Shown here piece after piece: positions 21,900 to 33,941 of a stretch of DNA of 64,000 bases. The DNA is from Ascoidea asiatica JCM 7603 (lineage: Eukaryota > Fungi > Ascomycota). The translations under genes were made by a program, and so were the position numbers. The stretch covers positions 367,091 through 431,090 of the forward strand of contig BCKQ01000011.1 in assembly GCA_001600695.1 (NCBI GenBank). The letters are read 5' to 3'. Under the pieces are notes generated by a model, which ran no database searches, was not told the DNA's origin, and saw nothing but the letters and a program-made list of their open reading frames with translations. The stretch's first letter is position 1, and each line of letters starts with the position of its first letter.

Positions 21900-24109
21900 A
21901 ATCAATAAAATATTTAATTTAAATTCGATACGATATCAATAATTCATTTGAAAATTATGAAAATTATGAAAATTATGAAATTTATGAAAATTATGAAAAT
22001 TTATGAAATTAAATACCGTTATTAGTTTTAAATTAATTGTAAACCCTTTTAGAAACCTGAAAAGATTCATAATTTCAAAAGGTTCAAACTAATAAAATTG
22101 TTCAAAAGGTTTATAATTGAGAAAATATCCGAATTTTTCATAAAAAGATATTCTTATCAATAGTTTCAGATACTGATCCTATGATAAAGTAATAATCTAA
22201 TGAACTACCTTGATTGATTATTCAATTATCAATTATCAATTATCAATTCTTCAATTATTCAGTTATTCAATTATCGAAGAGAAGTTATTTCATTTTTTCA
22301 TTTCCTACTTTTGAATATCAGTTTTTAATTTATTAGACTTATTCGTCCTAATTATTTACCCTAATTGTTTATCCTAAATATGTTGTCCTAAATAGTTTTT
22401 TTTTCAAATTTTTCGGGACAGCTATTACACGTGATTAAATTATTAAAAGTCAAAACCCATGAACATGGATCTAAGAGTGGCTTAATATCCATTGAGTTTA
22501 TAGTTGCGGTTTGCGTAAGTCGTTCGCCTCGAATTTTACCATTGCGGGCAGTTTTAAAAAAAAACATTACGGTGTACCGTTAGTTAGTTTGTTCGTGATG
22601 AGAAATTAAAATACAGTATAGTGTATAAAAAGACAGGGAATAAGCAATTGAATAAACAAATTCAACCAAGTTCACCGAACTTCAAGCTGTCCCTACACAG
22701 CTATATCCTGTCCCTACGCAGAAGTGCGTGAATTTTTTTTCCCTTTCTTCCCTTTTTTCCCTTTTTTCAGTAAATAAGTGTAGATCAATTTCATTAAGAT
22801 CCTAAGAAGACTTTCAAACCTACATACGAAGAGCCAAATAATTGTAAAATTAATAAAATTGTACGCTTTACTGATATTTGTTACGCTCGTTTTAAATCTT
22901 TGTTGCGCATTAATGATTTTTTCTTGGACATTTGAATGCGTATTGATGCTCTTTAGTGTGGTGGTGGTCACTTAAGGTTAACAGGGCAATTTCATTTTTA
23001 CAAGGTTCTTGTTGTTAGGGTTATTTATATGAATCTATAAATTATATAAGAATTATATAAGAATTTTATATATATTTTAAATTTAGGCAATTTTCAGGCA
23101 ATTTCGAGGCATCGGTAGACGTTTCTGGGCATTTTGTATCCTGAAGAGAAATTTAGCTCTGGATTTAGAAGTGGATTTAGCTCTGAGTTTAGTTTAGCTC
23201 TGGATTTAGCTGTAGAGCAAGTTGAATTGGTGTTGGTTCAATTGACCTGTGAATTTTGAGAAGAAAAATTGATTGTTTTTATTGAAGGTGTTCCAGAACT
23301 AATGAAGTTTTCTGTTTTTCTTGTTTTCTGTGAGTGTTGTTGGCGTAGTGGCAAGGCTGTTTGTGGCTAATGATGGCGCACCGCCGGATGAATCCCTAAA
23401 AGTGCGCTGGCTGCACGAGGTTTGCAGAGTCGGAACTGCAGACTCTGGTGAATTGTCCCAAGTACAACCACAACCACAACCACAAACAGAACTAGAACTC
23501 GAGCTAACCAGAGTTTCTTTATTTCATCTTGATTTTGAAGTTCAATCAATTCATCAATTCTCAAAAAAAGTAAATGTAAAAATCTTAAATAATCAATGAA
23601 ACAAGCTTGCAAAAACATATCTAAACTTTTTTGAATGAGTGATATAATAAAATTGACTTAAAAATGATCATAAAATACGTCTCTATCGTCATTTATTTAT
23701 TTATTTCTTTCTTGATTTATTTATCTATTTATCTATTTATCTATTTATTCATCTATTTATCTTTACTAATCAATTGAATATTCAAGTTTATAATTTATGA
23801 TTTATAATTTTGTAAATGTTTCAATTTAATTTTTAAATATTTAGTTTCAAGCTTCAAAATTACGTTGATATCTAATTTGGAAATAACAAGCTTATATTTT
23901 AATATAATTTATTATATAATATAAATTTATATACTAAACCAATATAATTCATTATAATTTGATATGAATTGTTATAAATTATGTATATAAATTGACATTA
24001 AAATAACGATCAATCACTTTTTTTCCTGCTTCTTTTTGTTATTTTCTTCTTTTGGTATTGTTTTCTTTTGATTATTATTGTTCTTTTTCTTCTTTTTCTT
24101 CTTCTTCTT

Positions 24110-24140
<31 letters not shown>

Positions 24141-25213
24141 TTGTTTTTGTATTCTTTGTTTATTTTCTTTTCAAAGTATTATTGTTTATGTTGTTTGTAA
24201 AGAGTAATTCATAATCTGTAATTTGTAAAACGTAAATTGAATTTTGTAAAAAAGTAATTTGTATGGCCTTTATGCTTTTTCTATCACACTCCACTCACTA
24301 CCACTTCCACTTCCACTTCCACTACTAAAGTTTCTCTATTTACTTCCACCCACTTTTAATCTTATTTTTCACTAAAAAACTTTGTATTCATATTAAATAT
24401 TAGCTATTAAATATTAAATATTAAATATTAAATATTATAATTATTTATTTTTTAGTACGAAGTAAAATTTATTTCATTTATTTCATTTATTTCATTTACT
24501 TAACATACTGTATCTATTATAATTATTTTATAAAGGAAAACTTTTTATTTAAATACTTTAATATATCCCTAATCTCATATTTTCTTATTTTATATATCTA
24601 ATTCTTTTCATTATCTTTTATTTATTATTATTTATTATTGATTGCTTAATATATTAAACAAAATAACAATCATTTACCTTTTGTATTTCATCCCTTATTA
24701 TAACTTATATAATATATTCAATATATTTAATATATTTGATATAATAAGAAGATATAATATTTATATTCTATTCATTATCACAATCATTTACGCTTAATAT
24801 AATCATAATCATAATCATAATCATAATCATAATCATTATCTTATTATATAATCAATCTTAATATCAATATCATTATCAACAGTAACAAAATTAATAATCA
24901 TTTAAAGTTAAAATTTTTCAAAAAGTATTCATTCTCTTACTTTTATTTATAAATATTAACTAATTTATCTTAATTAATAATAAATAACCTATCTTCAATC
25001 TAATCACTTTCAATCTTTCAATCTTTCAATATATAATATATAATATATAATATATAATATATATCAATTATATATTTCATACCAATTTCATTCACATTTC
25101 ATTCTTTATTCAATTAATCCATTCTTTATCATATCCTTCATTCCTTAATTCATCATTATTTCTTACTTTCATTCTTTCATTCATCAATTCATCAAAATTA
25201 ATACATTTCAATA

Positions 25214-28033
25214 ATGGGCGCTTTAAAAAAATATACTTGTATGAATTATTTATCTTCAACTCCAAAAATATCTCATACAAATAATTCTTCATTATCTTCT
25301 ACAAATACAAATAATACTTCAAATTCAAATAATACTTCAAATACAAATAATAATAATAATAATAATAATTTTAATAATATAAATAATTTAAATTCAAGTC
25401 CATTATCAATAGCTTATTCAAATTCAAATCCAAATAATAATGATAATAATGATAATAATAATGATAATAATATTAATGATTCAAATTTAACACCAAATCC
25501 TTCAAATACAGCTATTGAATCTCAAAATTTTAATTTTTTATCACCAAAACCAATTTTTTCAAATTCAAATCATAATTCAATTCAATTACAATCTTCAATT
25601 TCAAATACAATTTCAAAAACTTTTGAAAAATCAAATTCTTTATCAATTACAAAATTAAAAAAAGAATTAAAAAATTTTAAAAAAACAAATCAAATTAAAG
25701 ATAATTTATTAAAAAAACAAGAAAAAGAAATAAAATCTTTAAATAAATCTTTAAAAAATTTAAATTCAAAAATTAATTCTGTTGATAATTTAAATTTAAA
25801 AATTGAAAATTTAAATGATCAATTAAATTTTCAAAAAAAAATTAATATTGAATTATTATCAAATAATAATAATTGCAATAATAATAATAATAAATCTTTA
25901 ACCGCCAATACAAATATAAATTCAAATTCAAATTCAAATTCAAATTCAAATACTGATAATTTTTTAAAATTAGATTTAACTTCAACTAATCTTTCCTGTT
26001 TTTTAAATCCAGTAATAATTAATGATTCTTCTGAATTATCTTCAATTGATTTAACTTCAAATATAACAAATATTGAAAAAAATGATAATTTAAATTCTTC
26101 AAATAATGAAACAAAATCTTTATTACATCTTTATGAACAAACAAATATAATATTATTAACAAAATTAAATGAAAAAGAAAAAGAAATTTTAAAATTAAAT
26201 CAAATTAATCAATTTTTAAATAATCAAATTTCTGATTTAAAAGATAATTATTTATTTAATATTAAAAATTCAATTCATATTGATTATCAAAATCAATCTC
26301 AAATTTCAAGATTACCTTCAATAATTGAATCATCAAAATTAAAACCTTCAAATAATAATAATACTTATTTAGATAATTATAATCATAATTATACAAATAG
26401 TTCAAATGAAATTGATGATGATAATTCCGTTTTTAGTTTTATAAATTTTGATAAATCTTCAAATCTGACTAATAATAATACAACTGTTTCAAATATAAAT
26501 AATTCATCTTCTTCAAATTGTTCTTCTCAAAATATTGATAAATTTAATTTATTACCTTTAAATTCAAATTCAAGTTCAAGTTTAAATGAAAAATTATTAC
26601 CAATAACTCCAAGTTTAAAAAATAGATCAACTTTTTTATCTGATTCTATAAGTCATAATACAATTAATTCAAATAATTTCATTGAAGATGATAATCAATC
26701 TTTATTATCTTTAAATAAAAATCCAATTATTGATACTCCTCAATCTTTACCTCCAGTTCTGCAAACTCATCATTCATTAGTTAATATTCCAAAATTAAAA
26801 ATTCCAAAAATTCATCATGCTAATTCAATCTCTAATTTTAATAATTATCCTGATAGATCTTCTTCAATTTTATCTTCTCCCATTTCTATTTTTAAAGAAA
26901 ATAATAATAATAATAATAAATCAATTGATTCTAGAAGTACAAAAGATTCTTTAAGAAGACGCCTGTCTCTTAGATTAACTCCAAAAGCAAGTATGAGAAC
27001 TTTAAAAAGTAAAAAACTTATATTTGATAATAATAAGCCTTTACCTTCAGCTCCAGCTTTAGCAACAAATACTTTTGAAACTATTGATAATAATAATAAT
27101 CATTTAGATAGTCATAAAGAAGTTGAAGAAGAAAACTTTGAAAAAAATTCAAATAATGATAATGAAAAAAATAAAACAGAATCTATTACTTCCAAAACAG
27201 AAATGATTGATGCTTCTTCACAGGTTGAAGATGAATTAGATTTTAATGAAGAACTAGATTTACATGATGAAACTTTAGATACTATTAGTACGCTTGAAAC
27301 AGCCAAATCTAGTAGTGTTGAAAATACAGAAACTCAAAGTTCTTCATTAAACAATAATGCTGAGGAAAATAAAGAAGAAAATGACAATAAGAATGATGAT
27401 AACAATGATGATGATGAAGAAGAAGATAATGATGATGATGATGATCAAGAGAGTATTAATGAAAGGGGAAATAAAAGAAGATCCAAATATCATAGTGCTA
27501 TTTTAGCTATTGATGTTGAAACACTTCCAAATTCAAAAGTTCCTCCTACTCCTATTAGTGAATCAGAATCTTCTCAAAATTCAATTATTTCTGTAGATAA
27601 AGGATCAACATTATCAAATATTTCATCTCCTGAAAATGATCAAAGTAATAATAAAATTTTATTTGAAAATGAAAGTCAAATAGAAAAAAAAGATAATAAA
27701 GAAAGTGAAGTTATAAAAAAACTTGATAATTTAGATAATTTAGATAATACTGATAAAAAGGAAATTGTTGAAGTTAAAGAATCAAAACATATTAAAACTC
27801 CAGTCAGATATCTGAATTATAATAGTAGAAATAATAGTCCTATTAATATTAATTCATCAAAAAATTCAATATTTGTTAATAATCTTAAAAAATTTGAACA
27901 ATTAAGTAAATTAAATGAAGGATCTGCAACTACTAATACGCAATTTCCTATCTCTCCAAGATTTAGATTAAGATCAGTTTCCAATAGAAATTCAAGATTA
28001 ATGGATGCCCCAGTTATCAATAAACAATTTTGA
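25214..28033 (+). CDS. Hypothetical Asn/Ser-rich protein with N-terminal coiled coils
   Basis: 939 open codons; heptad segments (ITKLKKELKNF..., LLTKLNEKEKEILKL...), many S/T-P sites and an acidic tract. The start could be M1 or M10. Family not recognised. Confidence 0.8.
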   Translation: MGALKKYTCMNYLSSTPKISHTNNSSLSSTNTNNTSNSNNTSNTNNNNNNNNFNNINNLNSSPLSIAYSNSNPNNNDNNDNNNDNNINDSNLTPNPSNTAIESQNFNFLSPKPIFSNSNHNSIQLQSSISNTISKTFEKSNSLSITKLKKELKNFKKTNQIKDNLLKKQEKEIKSLNKSLKNLNSKINSVDNLNLKIENLNDQLNFQKKINIELLSNNNNCNNNNNKSLTANTNINSNSNSNSNSNTDNFLKLDLTSTNLSCFLNPVIINDSSELSSIDLTSNITNIEKNDNLNSSNNETKSLLHLYEQTNIILLTKLNEKEKEILKLNQINQFLNNQISDLKDNYLFNIKNSIHIDYQNQSQISRLPSIIESSKLKPSNNNNTYLDNYNHNYTNSSNEIDDDNSVFSFINFDKSSNLTNNNTTVSNINNSSSSNCSSQNIDKFNLLPLNSNSSSSLNEKLLPITPSLKNRSTFLSDSISHNTINSNNFIEDDNQSLLSLNKNPIIDTPQSLPPVLQTHHSLVNIPKLKIPKIHHANSISNFNNYPDRSSSILSSPISIFKENNNNNNKSIDSRSTKDSLRRRLSLRLTPKASMRTLKSKKLIFDNNKPLPSAPALATNTFETIDNNNNHLDSHKEVEEENFEKNSNNDNEKNKTESITSKTEMIDASSQVEDELDFNEELDLHDETLDTISTLETAKSSSVENTETQSSSLNNNAEENKEENDNKNDDNNDDDEEEDNDDDDDQESINERGNKRRSKYHSAILAIDVETLPNSKVPPTPISESESSQNSIISVDKGSTLSNISSPENDQSNNKILFENESQIEKKDNKESEVIKKLDNLDNLDNTDKKEIVEVKESKHIKTPVRYLNYNSRNNSPININSSKNSIFVNNLKKFEQLSKLNEGSATTNTQFPISPRFRLRSVSNRNSRLMDAPVINKQF

Positions 28034-30288
28034 TTCATTTAAATCTTCAAATTTTTCTTACCCTTTTATCATTATTATTATTTACTTATATGGTTATGAA
28101 ATTTTTTTTGTTTCTATTTATTTTTTTTTTCTTTTTTCTTTTTTCTTTTCGTGTTCTTTTTTTAAAAGAATTAACTTCGTTTCTGATACCTTTTTTTTTG
28201 AATATGTTTTTAAATTTTTTTTTTTTTTTGTTTTTCCTTTTGTCTTTCTTCATTGTTTGTTGTTTTGTTGTTGTTTTATTATTTTTCAATCATTTTTTAT
28301 TTTTTGTTTATTATTTTATTATTTTTAACCCAGATATTACATTCTCTCGTTCAACTCCATGGTATTATAAATCAAATCAAATTAGATTAAATCTAGCTAT
28401 TCCAAATTATAAATTATATCAAATCCTTCAAAATCCTTTCAATCTAGATATATTAGATATATTAATTATATGTTCAAAACAGTGCTAAATTTTACATTCC
28501 TTTTTCACAAAAATTATATTATTTTTACAAATTTTACAAATAAGAATTTACAATTATTTATTTATAATTCATTTTTTTACACTTATTATTTCTCATTTCA
28601 TATTTCATATTAGAAATTTTATATTTTATTCATTATTATGATATATAAACTATACCTTATATCAAATTTATATTTGCTATTATATTTTGAGATTCAAATT
28701 TTAATCAATTTAATTTCAAATTTCATGCTATTTTAGAACATTTCTCTGCTATATATTTTACTTTTAACTACTATTTTTTTATGTATTAATTATGGATTCT
28801 TTTTTCATTGGTTGCAGTATTTTTTTATATTTTTTTATATTTTTTTTTATTTTTTTTTTTTTCTTTTATTTTAATATTTTATAATTTATAACTATTATTA
28901 AATTTATGATCTTTTTTCAAACAAATTCAAATTCATTTTCACACAAATAAAGATATCTAATTTAATCAAAACTTTTATGAAAATATTATGAAATTATTTC
29001 TTTAGTATTTATTTAAAGTTCTGTAAACTACATTTAAGTTAATTGTAGTTTTCATTGAAAACTTATTTTCTCCAATACTTTCCTTTATTTCATTTTGTGA
29101 AAAAAAACATTAATCCAGAAAATAAGTTAATCTTAAAGAACTTGGTAAAGTTGAAAAATTTTGGTCAGTAATTTTGAATTATTTATTATCAAAATAAAAT
29201 AAAAATTAATAAATATCCATTTTTGGAATTCAAATCAAAATTTCAATAATATATTTGAGACATTTGAGCAGTAAACATAATAAAAGTGAGACCAGTTTCA
29301 TGGAACGAATGAAACCACGGAAAAATTACCAGTATTTCAAATGATTGTTGATAAAGAAACAAAAACAGGAAATAAATAAAAAACTGGAGCTGGAGCTGAA
29401 ACCGGGCAAGAAGCGTGGAAAAAGCTGCTCCGGCCAATCTTTGCTCTCTTGCAGCCTGCGCGTTACCCGATAGCGAATGAAAGACGAAGAAACAGCGCGG
29501 TTTCGTAATCGTGTGGCGAGTGCCCGCTGAATGTCTGTGCACCAGAAGCTCAGCAGCTGCTTTATGCGGGTCCATGGCGTAGTGATGTCTTAAAGCAACA
29601 CATGTAAATACAGCGCTGCGCTTTACTATACCGCCGCTTTTGGTTTTTATTAAATACATTGCGTACTTCGTAATTCCACAGTGGCGGAAGAGCTCACGTG
29701 CCGCTCGTTTTTTTATGTCCGAATGAAGCGGGAACGCATTTTTCAGTCTTTTCACTCTCGTTTTCGGTCATTTTCAATCGTTTTCGTGGTCCAAATTCAG
29801 TTACAACCCGATCCAGAACTGCACACACAAGAAAATATTGAATAAAAAACAGTGAGTAAAGTGAATAATGTCTCGCAGGAAGTGGCACAGAGCAAAACAC
29901 ACTATGTTAGTGTCATACTGTTTGCTAACGAGCTGTGCTAGCGGGAAGAACTCTTAACTACTGTTAACTGGTTTGCTTTCTCTTTTCCAAATTCCTCGCT
30001 TTTCAATGGCCATTTAAAAATTTAATTCTTATTATTCCATATATTACTCAAAATTCTCAATTATTTTGAATTTATTTTGAATTTATTTTGAACTCTTTAT
30101 TATTGTTAAGTTAAATTGATTAGTTAATTTATTTTAAATTCAGAATCCAGATTGAATTTCATTATTGTTTTCTTTAAATTTAGTCAGTCATAAAGTTATA
30201 ATTTATTAGTTTAACTTATAATAATCAGAAATTAAATAAATAAAGAAATAAAGAAATAAAGAAATAAAGAAATAAAGAAATAATAAAA

Positions 30289-31056
30289 ATGAAATTCTGT
30301 TCAATTATCACTTTAGCAAGCTTAATAAGTTTATCTTTAGCTGCACCAGCTCCATTAGCTGCAAAAACAGAAGATGTTGATGTTGTAACTGCAGTTGTTA
30401 CAGTTTCAGCTTCTCAAACTGAAGAAGTTGTATCAAGTACTTCAACTAAAGAAGAAAAAGAATCAACTTCTATTTCATCATCAATTTCAACTTCTACAAT
30501 CACCTCAACTCATGGTTATGATACTGATAAATATATGGTTTTAACAACTATAGAAAATTCAAAAGCAACTGGAACTACTACTATTACAACTGGTACTCAT
30601 AAATATGGTAGATTTGATAATACAAAAGATTCTGTATCAAGTTCATCAACAGGAACTCATAAATATGGTAGATTTGATAATACAAAAGCTTCAGTTGAAA
30701 GTACTTCTTCTGGTACTCATAAATATGGTAGATTTGATAAAACTAAAGATTCTGTTGAAAGTACTTCAACCGGAACTCATAAATATGGTAGATTTGATAA
30801 TACAAAAGCTTCAGTTGAAAGTACTTCAACTGGAACACATAAATATGGTAGATTTGATAATACTAAAAATTCAGTTGAAAGTACTTCTTCTGGTACTCAT
30901 AAGTATGGTAGATTTGATAAAACTAAAGAAGAACTTGTAACTGTTGTTTTAGTTAATAAAAATGCAAATTCTGGTAATGTTAATATTCCAAAAAATAGTT
31001 TAGTTATGTTTTCATCTCTTGCTGTTTTAATTATTACTGGTTTAATGATTGTTTAA
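30289..31056 (+). CDS. GPI-anchored cell-wall hydrophilin, YNL190W-like
   Basis: Signal peptide, six (T/S)GTHKYGRFD(N/K)TK repeats (S. cerevisiae YNL190W has TGTHKYGKFNKT repeats), NSG omega region and hydrophobic C-terminus. Confidence 0.85.
   Translation: MKFCSIITLASLISLSLAAPAPLAAKTEDVDVVTAVVTVSASQTEEVVSSTSTKEEKESTSISSSISTSTITSTHGYDTDKYMVLTTIENSKATGTTTITTGTHKYGRFDNTKDSVSSSSTGTHKYGRFDNTKASVESTSSGTHKYGRFDKTKDSVESTSTGTHKYGRFDNTKASVESTSTGTHKYGRFDNTKNSVESTSSGTHKYGRFDKTKEELVTVVLVNKNANSGNVNIPKNSLVMFSSLAVLIITGLMIV
30589..30927 (+). repeat. Coding minisatellite, 60-bp period, about 6 copies
   Basis: AA(A/G)TATGGTAGATTTGATAA recurs at 30601, 30661, 30721, 30781, 30841 and 30901. Confidence 0.97.
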
Positions 31057-31237
31057 TAAAAATTCTATTCTTCTTTTACAAATTACCCTTTTTTTTTTTT
31101 TTATATTTTTTTCTTAAATTTTTGTTCTAAACAATTAAAACTTTCTTAAATTTCATAATATAATTAATAATTTTTGTTAATAGAATCTACAAAAATGACT
31201 TTAAATTAATCTTTTATATTCTTTTTTCTTAATTTCA

Positions 31238-31240
31238 AAA

Positions 31241-31334
<94 letters not shown>
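31238..31334 (+). repeat. (AAAT)n microsatellite, about 24 units
   Basis: Read directly. An inverted shorter (ATTT)n tract lies at about 31827-31850. Confidence 0.95.
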
Positions 31335-31337
<3 letters not shown>

Positions 31338-32064
31338 AAATAATTAAATATTTTCCTAAATGAATTAGTGCTCAGTTGTCCTATAACATTAAGTAGTTTG
31401 CCCCAACACAATTTTCTTGTCCTAAATAACCGCATCCCACTACTTTTACACGTGACACCAAGCATTGCCACACACATTCTAATATTATTGCCACTACAAG
31501 GCTAAGGCCTCGTAACGCTGATGATGCAACTTCGTAGTGAAATCAGAAATTGTTATGCGATTTCGTGTTGGGGAGGTTTCGAGGCTTCCTGATTCGACCC
31601 TGATGCTGTCCCGATTGGGCCGCGCGTGGAGCAGCGGCCTGTGCCTCGCGTCCTCGTTTACCTTTCGGTGGTGCAGTCATGTGACCGTTGTTTTGAATTT
31701 GCTGGTGTTCTCGACTGGATTCATTTCCACTGCAAACAACGCTGGAATTCATCAATTCAATTTCCAAATTCCAGGCAATGTCACTTTCTTAACTATGAAA
31801 ATGTTCCATATTTATTAACAACGTTATTTATTTATTTATTTATTTATTTATTGTTATTATCATAGTAATGAATATTGAAATTGAAAATAATTATTTATTA
31901 TATTAAAAAACATTATTTGTAATTGATATTGATAATTGTTAAATAACTTTTATAATCCAATTATTTCTTTTCTTTTCTTTTCTTTTCTTTTCCTTTTTAT
32001 TTCATTATCAATTCATAATAATATCTTCTTTAAAATAAAAAAAAAAAAGTATATTTTATTCAAA

Positions 32065-32916
32065 ATGAGTTATCAAAATTATGCAAATGATAATCCATAT
32101 GCAAGTAATAATGAAGTTGAAAATTATGAATTATCTGATACAACATTTTATAATCAAATTAATTTAATTAAAAATAATTTAGAAAATTATCAAAATAATA
32201 TAAATAATATTGAAATTTTAGAAAAAAATTTATTAAATGAATTTGATGAAGAACAAGAATCAAAAAGTAGAAAAAATTTAGATAATTTAATAATTTCAAA
32301 TAATTCTTTACAAAATAATATTAAAAATGATTTAAAATTAATTTTTCAAAAAACAAATAATGATAATGATAAAATTCAACAATGTGATTTTTTAAAAAAA
32401 GATTTTTTAAATAAAATTAATAATTTTAAAATTATTGAAAATAATTATAAAATTGATCAAAAAAATTTAATTGCAAGACAATTTAAAATTATTAATCCAG
32501 ATGCTGATGAATTTACAATAAATCAAGCTATTGAAAATAATGAAAATGGTCAACAATTATTTTCTCAAGCTTTATTAAATGCAAATAGAAGAGGTGAAGC
32601 AAAATCTGCTTATGCTGAAGTTCAAGAAAGACATCAAGAAATTATTAAAATTGAAAAATCAATGAATGAATTAACTCAATTATTTAATGATATGGAAGAA
32701 TTAATTATTGAACAAAATATTGTACTTGATCAAACTGATAAACAAATTTCAGATTCTCAAAAAAAAGTTGAACAAGGTTTAGCACAAACTGATAAAGCTG
32801 AAAAAAGTGCAATTAAAGCAAGAAGAAAGAAAAGATGGTGTTATTTTATTTTATTTTTAATTATTATTATTATAATTGTTGTTATTGTTGTTCCAATAGT
32901 TACTCATTTTACTTAA
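32065..32916 (+). CDS. SSO2: Plasma-membrane syntaxin Sso1/Sso2
   Basis: True start is probably ATG 32065 (MSYQNYANDNPY; the track start is a TTG). QQLFSQALLNANRRGEAKSA.AEVQERHQEI.KIEKSM.ELTQLFNDMEEL, KSA.KAR and a C-terminal TM helix. Co-ortholog of SSO1/SSO2. Confidence 0.93.
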   Translation: MSYQNYANDNPYASNNEVENYELSDTTFYNQINLIKNNLENYQNNINNIEILEKNLLNEFDEEQESKSRKNLDNLIISNNSLQNNIKNDLKLIFQKTNNDNDKIQQCDFLKKDFLNKINNFKIIENNYKIDQKNLIARQFKIINPDADEFTINQAIENNENGQQLFSQALLNANRRGEAKSAYAEVQERHQEIIKIEKSMNELTQLFNDMEELIIEQNIVLDQTDKQISDSQKKVEQGLAQTDKAEKSAIKARRKKRWCYFILFLIIIIIIVVIVVPIVTHFT

Positions 32917-33592
32917 TCATTCAATTAATTATTTAATCTTAATCCTTTTTATCTCTCTGTTTTTGTCTGTGTTTCTCTGGTTTACAGTGTCTTTTTTTTT
33001 CTCTGTTGTTATATTTTGTTCTTCTCTTGTTCTTTTTTAACGTAAATTCAAGTAATTATAATTATAATTTTTATTTCTCTTCAATTAATAATTAATTTAT
33101 ATTTCTCAAAACATTTATCTAATAAACATTCTTTTTCTTCAATCGAGTATCATATGAACCCTTAATGACTTGATCCAAGTCTCAATTGTCTTCCATGTCA
33201 TTCCTTCTTTCTCTTTGTTCTTCTCTATCTTCTCTTTATCGTCATCATCTTCATTGTCATCATCATCTCACTTATCATCTTCATCTTCATCTTCATCTTC
33301 TTTTAACTCAGTTCCTTTATTCTTTCTTCCTTCTTCCTTCTTCTTTCTTCTTTCTTCTTTCTTCTTTGCTTCGATTCGTCTGACTGCGTTCCGCGTGACC
33401 CGCTGCGTTGGTTCGTATTTTGGCCACCGTGCACTTTTTCTGCTCGTGAAATTTGGAAAATTCTTTTTGATTTCCTTCCATCGCATAAAGTACTGAAATA
33501 ATCAGGGGTGTTACGTGATACAATAACCATATTGTGTACTACTAAACCATGAAACAGTTTCTTACGAATAATCCCAATAAAACAGGGCATTC

Positions 33593-33605
33593 TTCTAGAA
33601 TATTC
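33593..33605 (+). promoter_or_regulatory. Perfect heat-shock element TTCtaGAAtaTTC upstream of SSE1
   Basis: Three alternating nGAAn units about 340 bp upstream of an Hsp110 gene. Confidence 0.8.
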
Positions 33606-33941
33606 CGTGAACTTCTTTAAAATTCTATTTTATATTAAAATTCTTCTTTTAACAAGAGAAAAAACCAGAAATTTCCTATGAAAAAAAAAAAAAGTTATGT
33701 GAAAAAAGTGTTGAATATAACAAAAACTTAGAAAAGAATCAAATTATTTCTTAATATTTATAAATTATAATATATTTTTTTTTGAAGTTTTATAAAATTA
33801 CAGACAGAATCAATTTATCTTTTATATATATATATAAATATAAATTATTTTTTCTCTTTTTAATCATTTTTTAATCATATAATATAACATATAAATATAA
33901 ATATAAATATAAAATTAAAGAATAAATTTTATTTTTTAAAA

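Noticed and set aside
26464-27814. Rare CTG codons as evidence of CUG reassignment
   Set aside because: Rarity is explained by extreme AT codon bias. The few I found lie in non-conserved regions, mostly in Leu-compatible contexts (FEDLFEE, IILVN, AILDL, IHLIF). One in the GH45 Ser-rich linker is ambiguous. It needs the tRNA-CAG identity or proteomics.
28005-28488. Phe-rich and Lys-rich ORFs after the 939-aa gene
   Set aside because: Translations of a T-rich 3' UTR/terminator.
31936-32064. Hydrophobic N-terminal extension of Sso (and the Lys-rich extension of Mgr1 at 63492-63566)
   Set aside because: Artefacts of TTG starts in the ORF track; homology begins at or after the first ATG.
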